Positions 1-12,400 of a DNA stretch of 64,000 nucleotides are shown here, piece by piece. Each line of letters opens with the position of its first letter. The first letter of the stretch is position 1. The translations under genes and the position numbers were made by a program. Source of the stretch: Azolla caroliniana (Eukaryota > Plantae > Polypodiophyta); assembly GCA_043228905.1 (NCBI GenBank), contig JBHGNT010000009.1, positions 14,136,001 to 14,200,000 of the forward strand. Direction: 5' to 3'. The notes beneath the pieces were generated by a model that worked only from the letters and a program-made list of their open reading frames with translations, had not been told where the DNA came from and searched no databases.

Positions 1-2164
1 AACATGGTCCCCAAACATCGGAGTGTATTACATCAAATGCATGGGAACTCCTATGACCTGAACTAGCATATGAGCTTTTACTAAGCTTACCAAATTCACA
101 TGCATCACAAACAAGTTTTGTTTTATCAGCCTTTTCAAAAAGGTTTGGATACACCCGACTCAAAACGCCATAAGAGGTATGTCCCATACGTTGGTGGTAA
201 AGTATCAACAATTCCTCATAACTCATTTTAGATCCCCTTACATCTTTCCCTCTACCATAGATGCTAATGCTAAATCCAGCCCTTCACGATCCAAATACCA
301 TAGTCCATTATGCCACGTGCCAGTCCCAAGTCTCCGACCTGTCCCTTTCTCCTGGAATATCACCTTGGGAATATCAAAAGAAACAACACAGTTTAGTTGG
401 TGTATGATAGAACTTATGGATAATAAGTTTACTGGGAAAGAAGGAGCATGCAACACATTAGACAATGTCACAGAGTCGGTACATTTTACTGTACCTATAC
501 CCACTACAGGTTGTGTTGTACCGTCAGCAATTTGAATGCTTTCTGGCATTGATAAGTCAGTATACGAGGATAATTCATTAGTATTACCTGTTACATGCCT
601 AGATGCACCAGAATCAATGATCCATTCTGGTGTAGAGGCAAGAGTATTTGTGTTGCTAGTACTTGTGGTTGAATAAGCATAGGTGGCAATGTTACCTCTT
701 GACATGAATGAAGTATCATCTGCGGCTCTTTGCTTCCTCCTAAGTATTTCTAAGAGAGCTTGATCCTCTTCGGTGAACACCACCTTAGTTCCTTCCTCTT
801 CTTTTGTTACCATCAAGTTTGCTTGGTGACCTCCTCTTGCACCTCTTCGGCCCCCTCGACCACGACCTCTAGTTTGTCCATGTCCTCCATATTCTCTCTC
901 CTTCAATGGTTTAGGGCAAGCATTCTTTAAATGACCAGCTTCACCACAATTGTAGCATTTTCGATTTTCACTTCCGCTTGAATTTGACACCATTAGTGCT
1001 GATCGTACCCGTGGAAGTCCGGTAGTGTCAGAGAGCAGCTTCATTCTACGCTCCTCTTGTATCATAGTCGCAATTGCCTCATCAAGTGTGGGAATTTCAG
1101 CCTTGGCTAGAAGAACTGCCCTTCTTTGATCAAATGATGGGTTGAGATGTTTCAAAAATTGCATGGTTCTTCTTTGAGCAGAAATTTCCTTGCTCTTACA
1201 TTGAGGATCATTGCACATTGTCACAGGCAAGAAATGATCGTATACTGCCCATAGACGCTCCAGCTCTATGGCATATTCCTGAATCATCCTATCTCCCTGC
1301 CAAACAACATCTATCTCTTGCTCGATTTGAAATACTCTCATATTGTTTCCCCTACCAACATATGTCTTTTGCAATTTCTCCCATATCTCCTTCACACTTA
1401 AAATTCCATCAATTGTTGTGGCGATTGATGGAATCATGGAGTTGAGAAGCCACGTGTACAAAGACATGTGGGTAGCTCTCCATCCTTTCCATTCATTGCT
1501 CGTTGTGACTAGAGGTTCTTTCTCTTCTCCCGTTAGGTAGCCGTCAAGGCTTTTCCCTGCCAAGGCACCTATACTCCGACGCGACCAGCTCAAGTATGTG
1601 GCTGGTCCATCGAGTTTGAACTCAACTGGGAGGAGTTCAAGTCGGGGTGGCGGTTGTGTTCCTGTCACATCTCCAGATGCTACAATCTCAGCCTGCTTCA
1701 TGTATTTCACCAATGTTTTCACCTCATCCTCGTTCAATTTTGAAAACACCTCATCCATCTTCTCAACTTGGCCTATCTCTGCTCTCCTCTTCTGACTTCT
1801 TTTCTCAAGTCACCTCTCAATCACATTGCAATGTCATCCCAAATAAAAAAAATCCCCCTTTCCTCTCTTGGATGCTAGGACAGTGCTGTTCCAATCGCTG
1901 TCATACCAGCAGAAGGGTGGATCTAGGGTTTTGCAGAGGGGTGGATCTATGCTCTGATACCATAAAGAAAAATGAGAAGGCACATCTGTTCAGTAATATA
2001 CATTGGTATGTCACAACTAGAGGGAGAAAATACAGAGATCGCTTATTTTTACATGAGGAGAAAGTTCCTCTTTATAAAGGCCAAGATATGGCTGTTGGGC
2101 TAACTAGCTGTTGGAAACAACTAGCCGTTGGGCTAGCCGTTATAACTTTTAAACATTCTCAACA
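1..2164 (-). mobile_element. Ty1/copia LTR retrotransposon (short-LTR, Ale-like), 5' part; lies in the presumed intron 1 of MAP65
   Basis: ~200 bp LTR at 1963-2164 starts TGTTGAGAATG on the minus strand. tRNA-Met PBS TGGTATCAGAGC at 1951-1962. Gag-pol ORF follows, and the integrase region (HQRMGH...CDAC...HSDVWGP) runs off the window start. Confidence 0.9.
238..1758 (-). CDS. Copia Gag-protease polyprotein; in-frame TAA at 238-240, after which the GAG-pre-integrase/integrase frame continues
   Basis: Zinc knuckle CYNCGEAGHLKNAC, protease WIIDSGASRH, NLLSIS. The same frame past the stop reads LYHQRMGH...VCDACEFGK...IHSDVWGP. Confidence 0.88.
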   Translation of the reverse strand: MDEVFSKLNEDEVKTLVKYMKQAEIVASGDVTGTQPPPRLELLPVEFKLDGPATYLSWSRRSIGALAGKSLDGYLTGEEKEPLVTTSNEWKGWRATHMSLYTWLLNSMIPSIATTIDGILSVKEIWEKLQKTYVGRGNNMRVFQIEQEIDVVWQGDRMIQEYAIELERLWAVYDHFLPVTMCNDPQCKSKEISAQRRTMQFLKHLNPSFDQRRAVLLAKAEIPTLDEAIATMIQEERRMKLLSDTTGLPRVRSALMVSNSSGSENRKCYNCGEAGHLKNACPKPLKEREYGGHGQTRGRGRGGRRGARGGHQANLMVTKEEEGTKVVFTEEDQALLEILRRKQRAADDTSFMSRGNIATYAYSTTSTSNTNTLASTPEWIIDSGASRHVTGNTNELSSYTDLSMPESIQIADGTTQPVVGIGTVKCTDSVTLSNVLHAPSFPVNLLSISSIIHQLNCVVSFDIPKVIFQEKGTGRRLGTGTWHNGLWYLDREGLDLALASMVEGKM

Positions 2165-2169
2165 ATATC

Positions 2170-2690
2170 TGCCTACCTCAATCTGTAATTGATGTGATGA
2201 AGTTCGCAGCTGCCCTATCACACTACGCAGCGCATAGGATAGATGTATATCCATATAAGGTGGCCTGATGATGAATTCATCCTCCGATGTGTGTCTTATA
2301 GTGGGCCATCTTTGTACCAAGTGGTATTTTGGGGCTGATCCATGTTATCTTGTTTTCCAAGTTAATAATATCAGTTCAGGTCACTCTATTCTTTTCCACT
2401 TTGGTCATATTTAGATGGGGACAGTCCAAGGTATATTGGAACGGGGGTAGTGCATTTATACTCATGTCATGTGACTCGAACCATTGTTGCATTTCAGCAT
2501 ACCAACAATGAGTGTCTCCATTTTCAGCCAGTTGTCTTGATGAAATAAAAGCCAACCTTGGGTACCTTCGTTTAGGGAGCTCCCAAAGACGTTGGATAAA
2601 TGTCACTGATTGGAAAAATGCCTCAGTTATTATAGGTGCTGCTCCCATCTCTGCCCGGATTATATTGTGGGGCACCGATGCTTATATTGT
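2170..2690 (-). mobile_element. Degenerate non-LTR (LINE) retrotransposon 3' fragment
   Basis: Translation IIRAEMGAAPIITEAFFQSVTFIQRLWELP resembles LINE post-RT tails. A related IVRAELKEAPIITEAF fragment occurs at ~57300-57370. Confidence 0.5.
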
Positions 2691-2751
2691 CTTGAGAGAG
2701 AGATAGATAGAGAGAGAGAGAGTTTAATGTCTATTTTGGTCTCTTCCTTAG

Positions 2752-5700
2752 CAAATATGGGTGGAATCAGGGGAGAGTGATTCAGAGATCGACACAGCTT
2801 TGTTAGAGCTAGAACAGGAATGCTTACAGGTCTATCGGAGGAAAGTAGAGCAAGAGAACCAAAATCGGCTAAGGCTCCACCAATGTGTGGCCGAGAAAGA
2901 GGCCGAGCTCGCCGCCCTCTATGTTGTCCTAGGGGAGCGCCTTGTCCATCCAACTGAGGTAAAATTTTTAAATATCTTTATCTCCCCTTAATATTCATTT
3001 GCTTTTTTAACCATGAGATGGAAGGTGATCTTGCATTGTTAATCATCTTTATAATGTTGCTTTCTGGAACTTGCATGCATGTATTCTGCTTCAAAATGTG
3101 TGTAAGAAAGGTTTTTTCAGATTCATGATATAGGTTCTATTCTACTACGTGGTTTTTCTGCTAGATTTGCGATATAAAATACACCAGAAAGTAAAGATTA
3201 TACAATAAATTGAAGATGAAAGCCTAAATTAAAAAGACTTACTTGCGTTATGTTGCCTAAGTTCAGATAACCGAAAAGAAACTGACAGAAAAGGAAAGAT
3301 TTCAACAAAACAAATCGGGATGAAATCTTAAAATCTAAAAACACCTACTTTTCCCTTTTGTGTGCTCAATTTCAGTTACCCAATAAGAAAACAACCTCTT
3401 TGAAAGCCCAGCTTTCAGTCATAATCCCTCAGCTTGAAGAATTTCGGTCCAAAAAGGAAGAACGGAAAAAGCAATTCCTAGAAGTGAGATCACAGATAGG
3501 AAAACTATCTAGTGAAATAACGGGGGATCCATCTGAACTTGGTATTGACCTTCTCTCTAGCGATGAAGAGGACTTATCTCTTGGGAGGCTAGATGACTAC
3601 CGTGCTCAACTTCAGGCATTGCAAAGGGAAAAGGTTGGTTTCTAAACTTTCTCATCAACTTGTAACTTTTATAAACTACATGGATGAATCATGGGTTATA
3701 TATAATCATGTTTTAAACATTTTTTTTAGAGCGAACGGCTTCATAAGGTTTTGGATTGTGTAAATACACTTCATGGGTTGTGTTCTGTGTTGGGGATGGA
3801 TTTTGCTAAGATGATCAACGATGTACATCCCAGTTTGAACAAAAGCTCGGGTTTGCAAGTGAAGAGTATTAGTGATGATACCCTGGAGCGTCTCTCGAAT
3901 ACTGTACGAATGTTAACAGAGGAAAAAGAAAAGCGGACAAAAATGGTATCATATGCGGCTCAAAACTTTTAATGAAGCCAATACAGATTATACGTAGATT
4001 TATCTGTTGTTCTACATGTTCTTTGTCATGCACTTTCAATGAAGCCTTGACAAAGTATGTTGATTATTTTCTAGTATGGCCACATTGTCTTTTAATATGG
4101 AATGGCTACAAATATGAAAATTTCCTTTGTTATTTTGTAGCTACAAACTTCATTGGTGACATTAATGGAATTGTGGAAGCTTTTGGATACACCTCTTAGG
4201 GAACAAAAGTCTTTCCATCACATGCTTCACCAAGGATCTCTAACAAGTGCTCCTGGAAGACTAAGTTTGGAGGCAATCGAACAGGTTAGCAGGATCTTTT
4301 CGTATATTCTCTCAATGGGGGGGGAACTGATTGCCGTTTTTGGCAACTAACTCCTTACAGTGGTTCTGAACCACTGATTGTTTCTCATGAATTATTTCTT
4401 CATACGTGAACCTTAAAATACTGATATATATGCTCCCTCCTGGATTTACATATGTGAACGAACAATTATTATGTGTTTTCATCCATCCATATGTATATAC
4501 ATTTGTATATCTATATATGCATAGTTTTATACATATACATGTACAATGTACATGAACGCACATATAAAGAAAGGCATACAGAAACACATGCAAACATGTA
4601 CACAGATACATACACACATACATAAATGCATACAACTTTGATCCTATCCATCCAAATACACATGTGGATGTCCACGTGATATTTGTATATGAATATGGTG
4701 TTTCTTCACAAACTTAAGTTCGGATTTGGCAGGTGAAGATTGAAGTGCAGAAGTTGGAAAAGCTAAAAGCAAGCAAAATGAAGGAGCTTATTCTAAAGCG
4801 AAGTTTAGTGTTAGAGGATGTTTATAGACAAGGACACATGGAGGCCAATCAAAGTACATCATCTGGAAAGACGAATGCCTTGATAGATTCTGGCATGTGA
4901 ATTAAAAGTTAAAAATGTTTCTCATTTATAGATATTGTGCTTGTTATATTGTGATTTAGCATGTAAACATGTGTTGTTTTTTGTATTATTGTAGGAATGC
5001 TCGATGCTTCTGAACTCTTGCTAGATATCGAGGGACAAATCATACGTGCCCACAAAGAGATAGAAAGTCGGAAAGAGATCCTGGACCGAGTTGAGAAATG
5101 GCTCGCAGCTTGTGAAGAAGAGCGTTGGCTTGAAGATTATAACATGGTATAATTTTTGGAGTATAAATCCAGATTGACTGTTTATGTTCTAAACAACGAG
5201 TCTTTATGCCAGAGGTGATTGATTATCTAAACTTATGTCAGTGCTTTCCTTCACAGGATGAGAATAGATATAGTGCCACCAAAGGTGCCCATCTTAATCT
5301 CAAACGTGCTGAGAAAGCTCGTATTATGGTCGCTAAGCTACCATGTAAAATATATCCTTTTTATTATTCATAATTTTTTAAGGGAGATTTGCAATGCTAA
5401 ACACTTTACTATGTATAGCTTTAGTCGATGGTTTGATTGCGAAAATCCGGTCGTGGGAGGAGGAAAAAGGCATGTGCTTTCTCTTTGATGGGGTAAGATC
5501 TCATCAATCATGAATAAAACCGTTTTAAGAATTTCTTTGATTTTAGCATTAAAGTTTTTTTATTTTTTTACTTATGCCATGTGATCAGTTATGCAAAGAA
5601 AAGTTTAAGGATTTTTTAAATAGTTTTTTTGAATCTTTTTACTGATATGTAAAAGCTATGTTTTGAGGCGTGCAGTTGCGATTGCTCTCGATGCTCGAGG

Positions 5701-7012
5701 ATTACAACTTCAATAGGCATGAGCGAGAGGATGAAAAGCAACGAATAAGGGTAACATCTACATCTCGCACAAACTGTCATGTTCACTTTTTCTATGCTCT
5801 TTTTGCACAACTCCATTGGTTTTTCTTAGTACCTGCCTGACTAGTTTTGTATTAACTTAAAGCGCTATATAGAGAAACCTGCAATATTATATTTTTATTA
5901 GTTTTTTTTCTGGCAATAACTTCTAGGAAAAATTACCAAAATATGCTTCTTATGTATCAAACAGTTCAAAGAGTATTAGAATCTATGTTATAGTCTCTTG
6001 ATTAGTCAAATATTTTATTGAAGCCGTTAATTAGCAAATTAAGCTTAATACTATAATGAAGCTTCTAATGGTCTCGTATACTATCTAATTACAAGCATAA
6101 ATGATCAAATGCAACTTTTTAAGTGCCACCTAAGGCACTCTAGGAACTAAGAATTAAATCATGTAATTAGGAGATCTTGTTTCTTAACAAGTATGTATTG
6201 CAGATGAAACGTCATAAACTTCCATAACATTTTTTAAGTTATAATTATTAATGATGTGCTTCATCTTTCAATTTGTTTGATTAGGAGCGTAACGATGACA
6301 GAATATAGCTTGGTAATTTTGAATAATTAAGCGAGTATACTGTCCTAAATTTCTATTACATGTAAGGATATGCTGAATTTTTTTCCCAAGTTGCATACTA
6401 TTGGAGATAAGACAATATTTTCAATTTGCTTTTGGTGTTAACTTATATTACTAGTGGGAGAAGTTATTATGTGGTCTAGAAAACCCCACAAAAAGAATCA
6501 CAGTAGTGTACAAAATGTAGAATATGGCTGGTGAACAATGAGAATACAGGGCTTGAAAGCTCATACAGATGAAGATACAATACATATATGGTGTTAAAAT
6601 TGGGGAAACTTTTTGTATTCTTTCATAATATCAGGATCAAAAGCGGATGCAGGACTTGTTTTTGATTGAGAAGGAAGCATTGTATGGTAGTCAGGGAAGT
6701 CCTACCAAAGGCACATTTCCCGGGGTTAAGCGAGGGGTACGATCAAGCACTTCAAGCATGTCATGCACACCACGTCGGTCGTCCTCTACACGTGCAACCA
6801 CCCCGACTCCAACAAGAACTCCAGAGTCTACACCGCATAGCAATTGTCACAAACACCACACACCTTTCAATCGATCAAGAAGTAATAATGCATTGAGATC
6901 GGTTCCCTCCCTTAATATTGTTCAGGCCATGCACAGAGACGACACAATGTCTGTCATCTCTGGTGGAGGTTCCGATTCGAGCTCCCATGTTGGCTCCTCC
7001 GCTTGTGCTTGA
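2752..7012 (+). CDS. MAP65: Microtubule-associated protein MAP65/Ase1/PRC1 family, exons 2-11: 2752-2958, 3376-3633, 3730-3945, 4141-4284, 4733-4892, 4995-5146, 5257-5344, 5419-5492, 5676-5750, 6635-7012; first exon outside window
   Basis: Spliced translation gives IWVESGESD...[53 protein letters not shown]...GAHLNLKRAEKAR, WEEEKG..FLFDG. Splice sites are frame-consistent GT-AG, with one GC-AG. Confidence 0.93.
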
Positions 7013-9476
7013 ATTCATGAGAAGCACATCACTATTGTCTGTTCCAACAAAGCTTCTTGCGCAATTTCTTATGGGTTCAGTCAATCATAGGGTGGCATTT
7101 AGTTCCCTTTCATATTTTTCAAATCATTGAAGCAAATGTATATGCTCCATCACTATCCTTCTTGGGTAGATGGCAGGAAATCCTTCTAGAGTCATAAACG
7201 TAAATTCAATCAAACCCAACGATGCCAAGGGGGTTGGTATGCATGTTAATAGATGAAATATGGGCTCTTGTCAAGGTATTTTGCAAGTGTAAATCAAGAT
7301 ATTATAAACCCGACAATTGTGTACGAATTAGATCTCGTTTACCATCAAAGATGAAATATATTCCCTTATCTTCTAATATTGACAAACACTTGGATGGTAC
7401 AATTTTTCATCTTGAGGCATTTTTGTTTAGTATTTATTATATTCTTCATGTAACTTTGTATTCTAGACATTTTTTATAGTTTATGTATTCAATTTCTCCT
7501 CAATTAGATGAACAAATACTGTATCACCAAGTATGTCTTTAGTGATTGTGCTAATTATAGGATATTGATCGATGGGTGTTGGTATAACATTTTTTATAAA
7601 TGGACACAAACAATGGTATAATATAATAATTAGTTTCCTTCAACTCCTCTTTAAAGACTACCTTACTTTTTGTAAGAGCATTCATCACCTTCAATCTTCA
7701 TGAATTATGGACATCAATCAACTTGTTTCAGGCCATCATAGGGAGTCTGTGGTATGTGAGATTTTGTTATAGTAGGGGAAAGTATAGTAATTGTGCCTTT
7801 TCTTGAGAATAACCCCAATGCAACCATAATTGCATATAAAAGTTAACAATATAGGGATCCAAGCAGCCAAAGTAGGGGGAATATAATGATCTTGGCAACA
7901 ACTATACACAATGGCTACTAGTGAAAGTTTCTTGTAATTGGTGGATAAAAGATTTTAAATGCTTTGCATACACATTTGTTTCACGGTCTACTATTTTCTT
8001 CAAGTTCTCGACTTGGGAAGTATAAGGAAAGGCCAAGGCAACTTTGAATATAAACTTTATGCTATATTTTCATTGTGGAAAAACTTACCATGGTAGTTGT
8101 TTGGCACAAAGTATCAAACATTTAATAATCAAACTTGCTAGAGTCTCAAGGTCAATATAGTAATGGAAGAATAGCACACATTTTGGAGTAGCAATATGAA
8201 AGGTATCATCAATCTTTTTGGTTTTGAACTATAGTATTGTGGCGTTCAGGACGTAATCAAGATGTAATTCCCCAAAATAACCAGTCCCTTTTACCATGGC
8301 TTGTCTATTACTTACATAATGCAATTACATGATGAACGTTATAACCGTTCACTTTCTATTCTTGGCATGACTTGTCTTGGCTGTTACAATATGTCATACA
8401 CGACACCTCCCCTTTTAAAAACTAAAATCAAATAGAATGAACAACTCTCTCAATCAACTATAAGCATGTGGTCAGTTTGTATGTGCATGTACCGCCATAC
8501 TCTCGGCCATTAGATCACTTGTAGGTATTCGTTTGATCCGGCTAATATGCGCCACCGTTTTGGATCCATTGGTTGTTCTACAGGCGATAAGTGTGTTGCC
8601 CAATCTTTGCCACGACGGTGTATGGTCCTAGCCATCTATGCATGAAGGACTCACAAAGCCCAACTTTCCTGATTGGGTAGTACACTCTTATCGTCTCACC
8701 CATCTATAACTCGGTAGGAATGTGTGATGCATCTAAGTATCGTTTCTGCCTTCATTGTGCCATATGCAGGTTGTATTGAAGAGCGCGCCGAAGGAGAGGT
8801 TGATGTGTTTGTAGATGGAGCCACCACTCTATAGCATCATTGCGGCGGGGTTGTGCTTTGATGGCATGGATGTCGGGAGGCAACTGCGGGTCTCAGCCAT
8901 ACAAAGCTCGGAATGGACTGATGCAAGTAGATTCTTGCATCGATGTGTTATATGCATGGACGACGAATGGTAGTATTTGATCCCATGACTGATGTAGGGG
9001 TCAAGGGGATCAACATAAGCTGAAATGGCCTGCTTAATAGTCCGACAAATGGTAGTATCTGATCCCATGACTATATTTCAGAGAAAAACTACGCTAGCTT
9101 TTACAGGTTTCCCATACCCTTTACTTACAAGGTCGTGGTCAGTTACGCTTGGAGCATGAACCGTTACAATGTTCACAATGCTTCAGTTTAATGTTACGCT
9201 TCCCTCATCCTTATGCTACGGTACTTTCTGGCTCCATGCCTTCGCCCTGTTCTATCCTTTCCCACTAGGTCGACTTCGGCAGACAACACCTGGCACGCTT
9301 GTGGGACAGTGCTATAGCACCTCAGACCTACTTCCACCCTTTATTCCTTGTCGAAAATGTCGAGAATACTGGGTTCTGGGCGGTCTCTTATGTCAGTCGT
9401 GGCGGGAGTTTCCGCTACGTTGCTTGGCTCGGTCGTGTCGGACTTCGGCCGTCAACTTGGTTTCGTGGGGCCATAC

Positions 9477-12400
9477 TTTTGGCATAAAAGGCCGACTCCT
9501 TCCAAATTGTATTCGTCTAAGTGTGAACTTGTTAATAAGTTAGGGCTTAGTATATAAGCGAATACCTAACATTGTAATGAGTAATGACGAGAAGAGTATT
9601 GTATCTCTGAGCGAGAACGAAGTAATAAGAAGCTTTCCATTAAAGCTCGATCGACTGCCTAAGTCTCGATTCACTGTAATTTCTGTGTGTTGTTTTCTGT
9701 GCATAAGCGAACAGGTCCGCAAAAGTTTTCGGCATACGTATACATAGATATACATAGTTCTGACAACTGGTATCAGAGCGACCTTGTTGTACGACGACAA
9801 CAGACAATAGAAGAAGCTAAGAGGAAAAGGCCAGGTTAGAAATCTTACTTTCATAAAAGGAATATGGCTTCAACATCCGGAACATGAGTTGAAATTAGAA
9901 AGTTTGACGGAAAAAATTTTGCCCTATGGAAGGAGATGATGCAGGACGTGCTGATCATCTGAAGACAGGTTGAAGCCATTTGGCACAACGAAAAGCCTAC
10001 TTTGATGACAACAGAAGAGTGGAGATCAGTGGATGAAATAACACGATCCACCATCAGAATGCACTTGGCCGAAAACGTCTACTTCAACATGGCAAAAGAG
10101 ACGACAACGTTCTCATTGTGGGAAGTTACATGCTGTTTATGAAAAGAAGTCCTCATCTTCGAAACTGATCTTGATCAAACAACTGTTCAACATGAAGATG
10201 AGAGAGACTGATCCGGCAACCTCCCACAACAACACCTTCAGCCGGGTGTTGTCTGAGCTCTCGTCACAAGGGATCAACTTCGAAGAAGAAGTGAAAGCCC
10301 TTGCCCTCCTGTCGAGCTTGCCGGCGAGTTGGGAGGTATTCTGCACGACATACGCCAATAGCTGACCGATCCTAAACTTGGACGAAACAATCGGTCAAGT
10401 CCTCACAAAGGGCATCAGGCAAAAATCGATGGGACTAACCATCGATGAGTCGGCAGAAGCCCACCACTCGACCGAGTCGAACGAAAGAACAAGCCAACAG
10501 AACCGGTCGACGCTACAGCCGATCGAAAACAAGGGGAGACCGACAACGGTCGAAGTCGAAAACGGGCCGAACAAGTGAGTAATGTATACATTGTAGGAAA
10601 GCTGGCCACAATGTTTCCGACTACTGGTCATTAAAAAGAGAAGAGAGTGGTCGGCGATCCGAGTAGAATCGGGGACGTTCCGACTCGAACCACTCTCCAG
10701 TCGGCAACCAGATCAATGTTGCCGACACCCGATCCGGAGAAATCCTCTCCTTAGAGGACTCAATGATCGGAGAAGTCCTCTACAGTGCACAAGCTGCACA
10801 CACGTGGCTACTAGACTCTGATGCCACATTTCACGTGACCCCCAACATTGAATGATTCTCGAACTATTTAGCCGATGCCAGTGGCACAGTCCGGTTGGGA
10901 AACGGGCAAGAGTGCAAGATAGCCGGAACTAGGAGGGTTCCCATCAGATTGCCAAATGGCAACACAATAACCCTGCACCGAGTTCGACACGTACTCGATC
11001 TAAAGAGGAGTCTGGTCTCCATCAGCATGTTAGCCGAAGACGGGTATCGAACGACTCTATATGAGTCAACATGGGTGATTAGCCGAGGAAACCTCAAAAT
11101 CGGTAGTGGGTGCAAGTATAATAATCTATACCCATTGATGGTGATCAACCCTGAAGGGGCCGTGAACGTAGCTGTAAAGACCAACCCGAACCTATGGCAT
11201 GGCCGACTTGGCAACATGTCTCAAGCCGGACTTGATGGGCTGATGTCGGTAGGCTACATCCCGAAAATCCAGGCAAAGACGGACTTCTGCGAGCATTGTC
11301 AATATGAGAAACAGACCCGAAGTCCACACTCTCTCCAGTATGAGATAGTACGACAACCCCTAGAGCTCGTGCACACAAACATATGTGGGCCCATACCAGA
11401 GCGATCACTAGGAGGCTCCCGGTACTTCATCACATTCGTAGATGACTGTACACGAAAAGTTTGGGCATTCTCCATCAAGTCCAAAGATGAAGCGCTCGAG
11501 GTCTTCATTCAATGGATATCTGAAGTGGAGAACCGGTCGAGATACAGAGTGAAGACACTCTGATCCGACAACGGAGATGAATACACCTCCAGAGCCTTCA
11601 AACAGTACCTGTTCGGAAAAGGGATCTGACACCAAAAGACCGTTCCCTACACACCCATGCAAAATGGAGTGGCAGAACGAATCAACAAGACGATCCAAGA
11701 GAGGGTGATGGCAATGCTCCAACAAGCCGGACTGAAGCTGGAATTCTGGGCCGAGGCATTGCAGACGGTAGTGTACCTGATAAATCTGGCGCCGTCAAGA
11801 GCAATCAGGCTCGAAGTGCCATAGACACTATGGTCAAGCAAACAACCGACCTACGATAGGCTCCGTATATTCAGATGCGAAGCCTACGCCTTCATCCCTC
11901 GGGAAAAAAGGAAGAAGTTGGCACCCCATGAAACAAAGTGCATATTTCTCGGTTATGGAACCGATGGGGACTTCGGCTACCGGCCATGGGACCCTGAGAA
12001 CTGGAAATTGATCCGGAGTAGCAACGTAGTCTTCAAGGAAGACTCTATCTTCTCTCAGCGGAACCAACAGAAAACAATTGGTAAGAAGGTATCCTTCGAA
12101 GATGACATCACTATCGTAGAAGGATCGACCCAACGGGCCAAATCGGAGACTCGACAAACAGTCAAACTCTAACAAGTTGCCAACTTCCTTGCCGACACCG
12201 AATCGGCAACAAGTCCTATTGTCGAACTCAAAGACCAAGTCTGCAAAGACACAACTGAATCGACAAGGATCGATAAAGGCAAAGTCACCAAGAGACAAGT
12301 CAGAAAAGAGTCGATGACAACCACAGGGGAGGACAACCAGACACTGCTGAAATCCCAATCCGGGGGTGGGACACCTAACAAGTCTCCTGACACAACTGGT

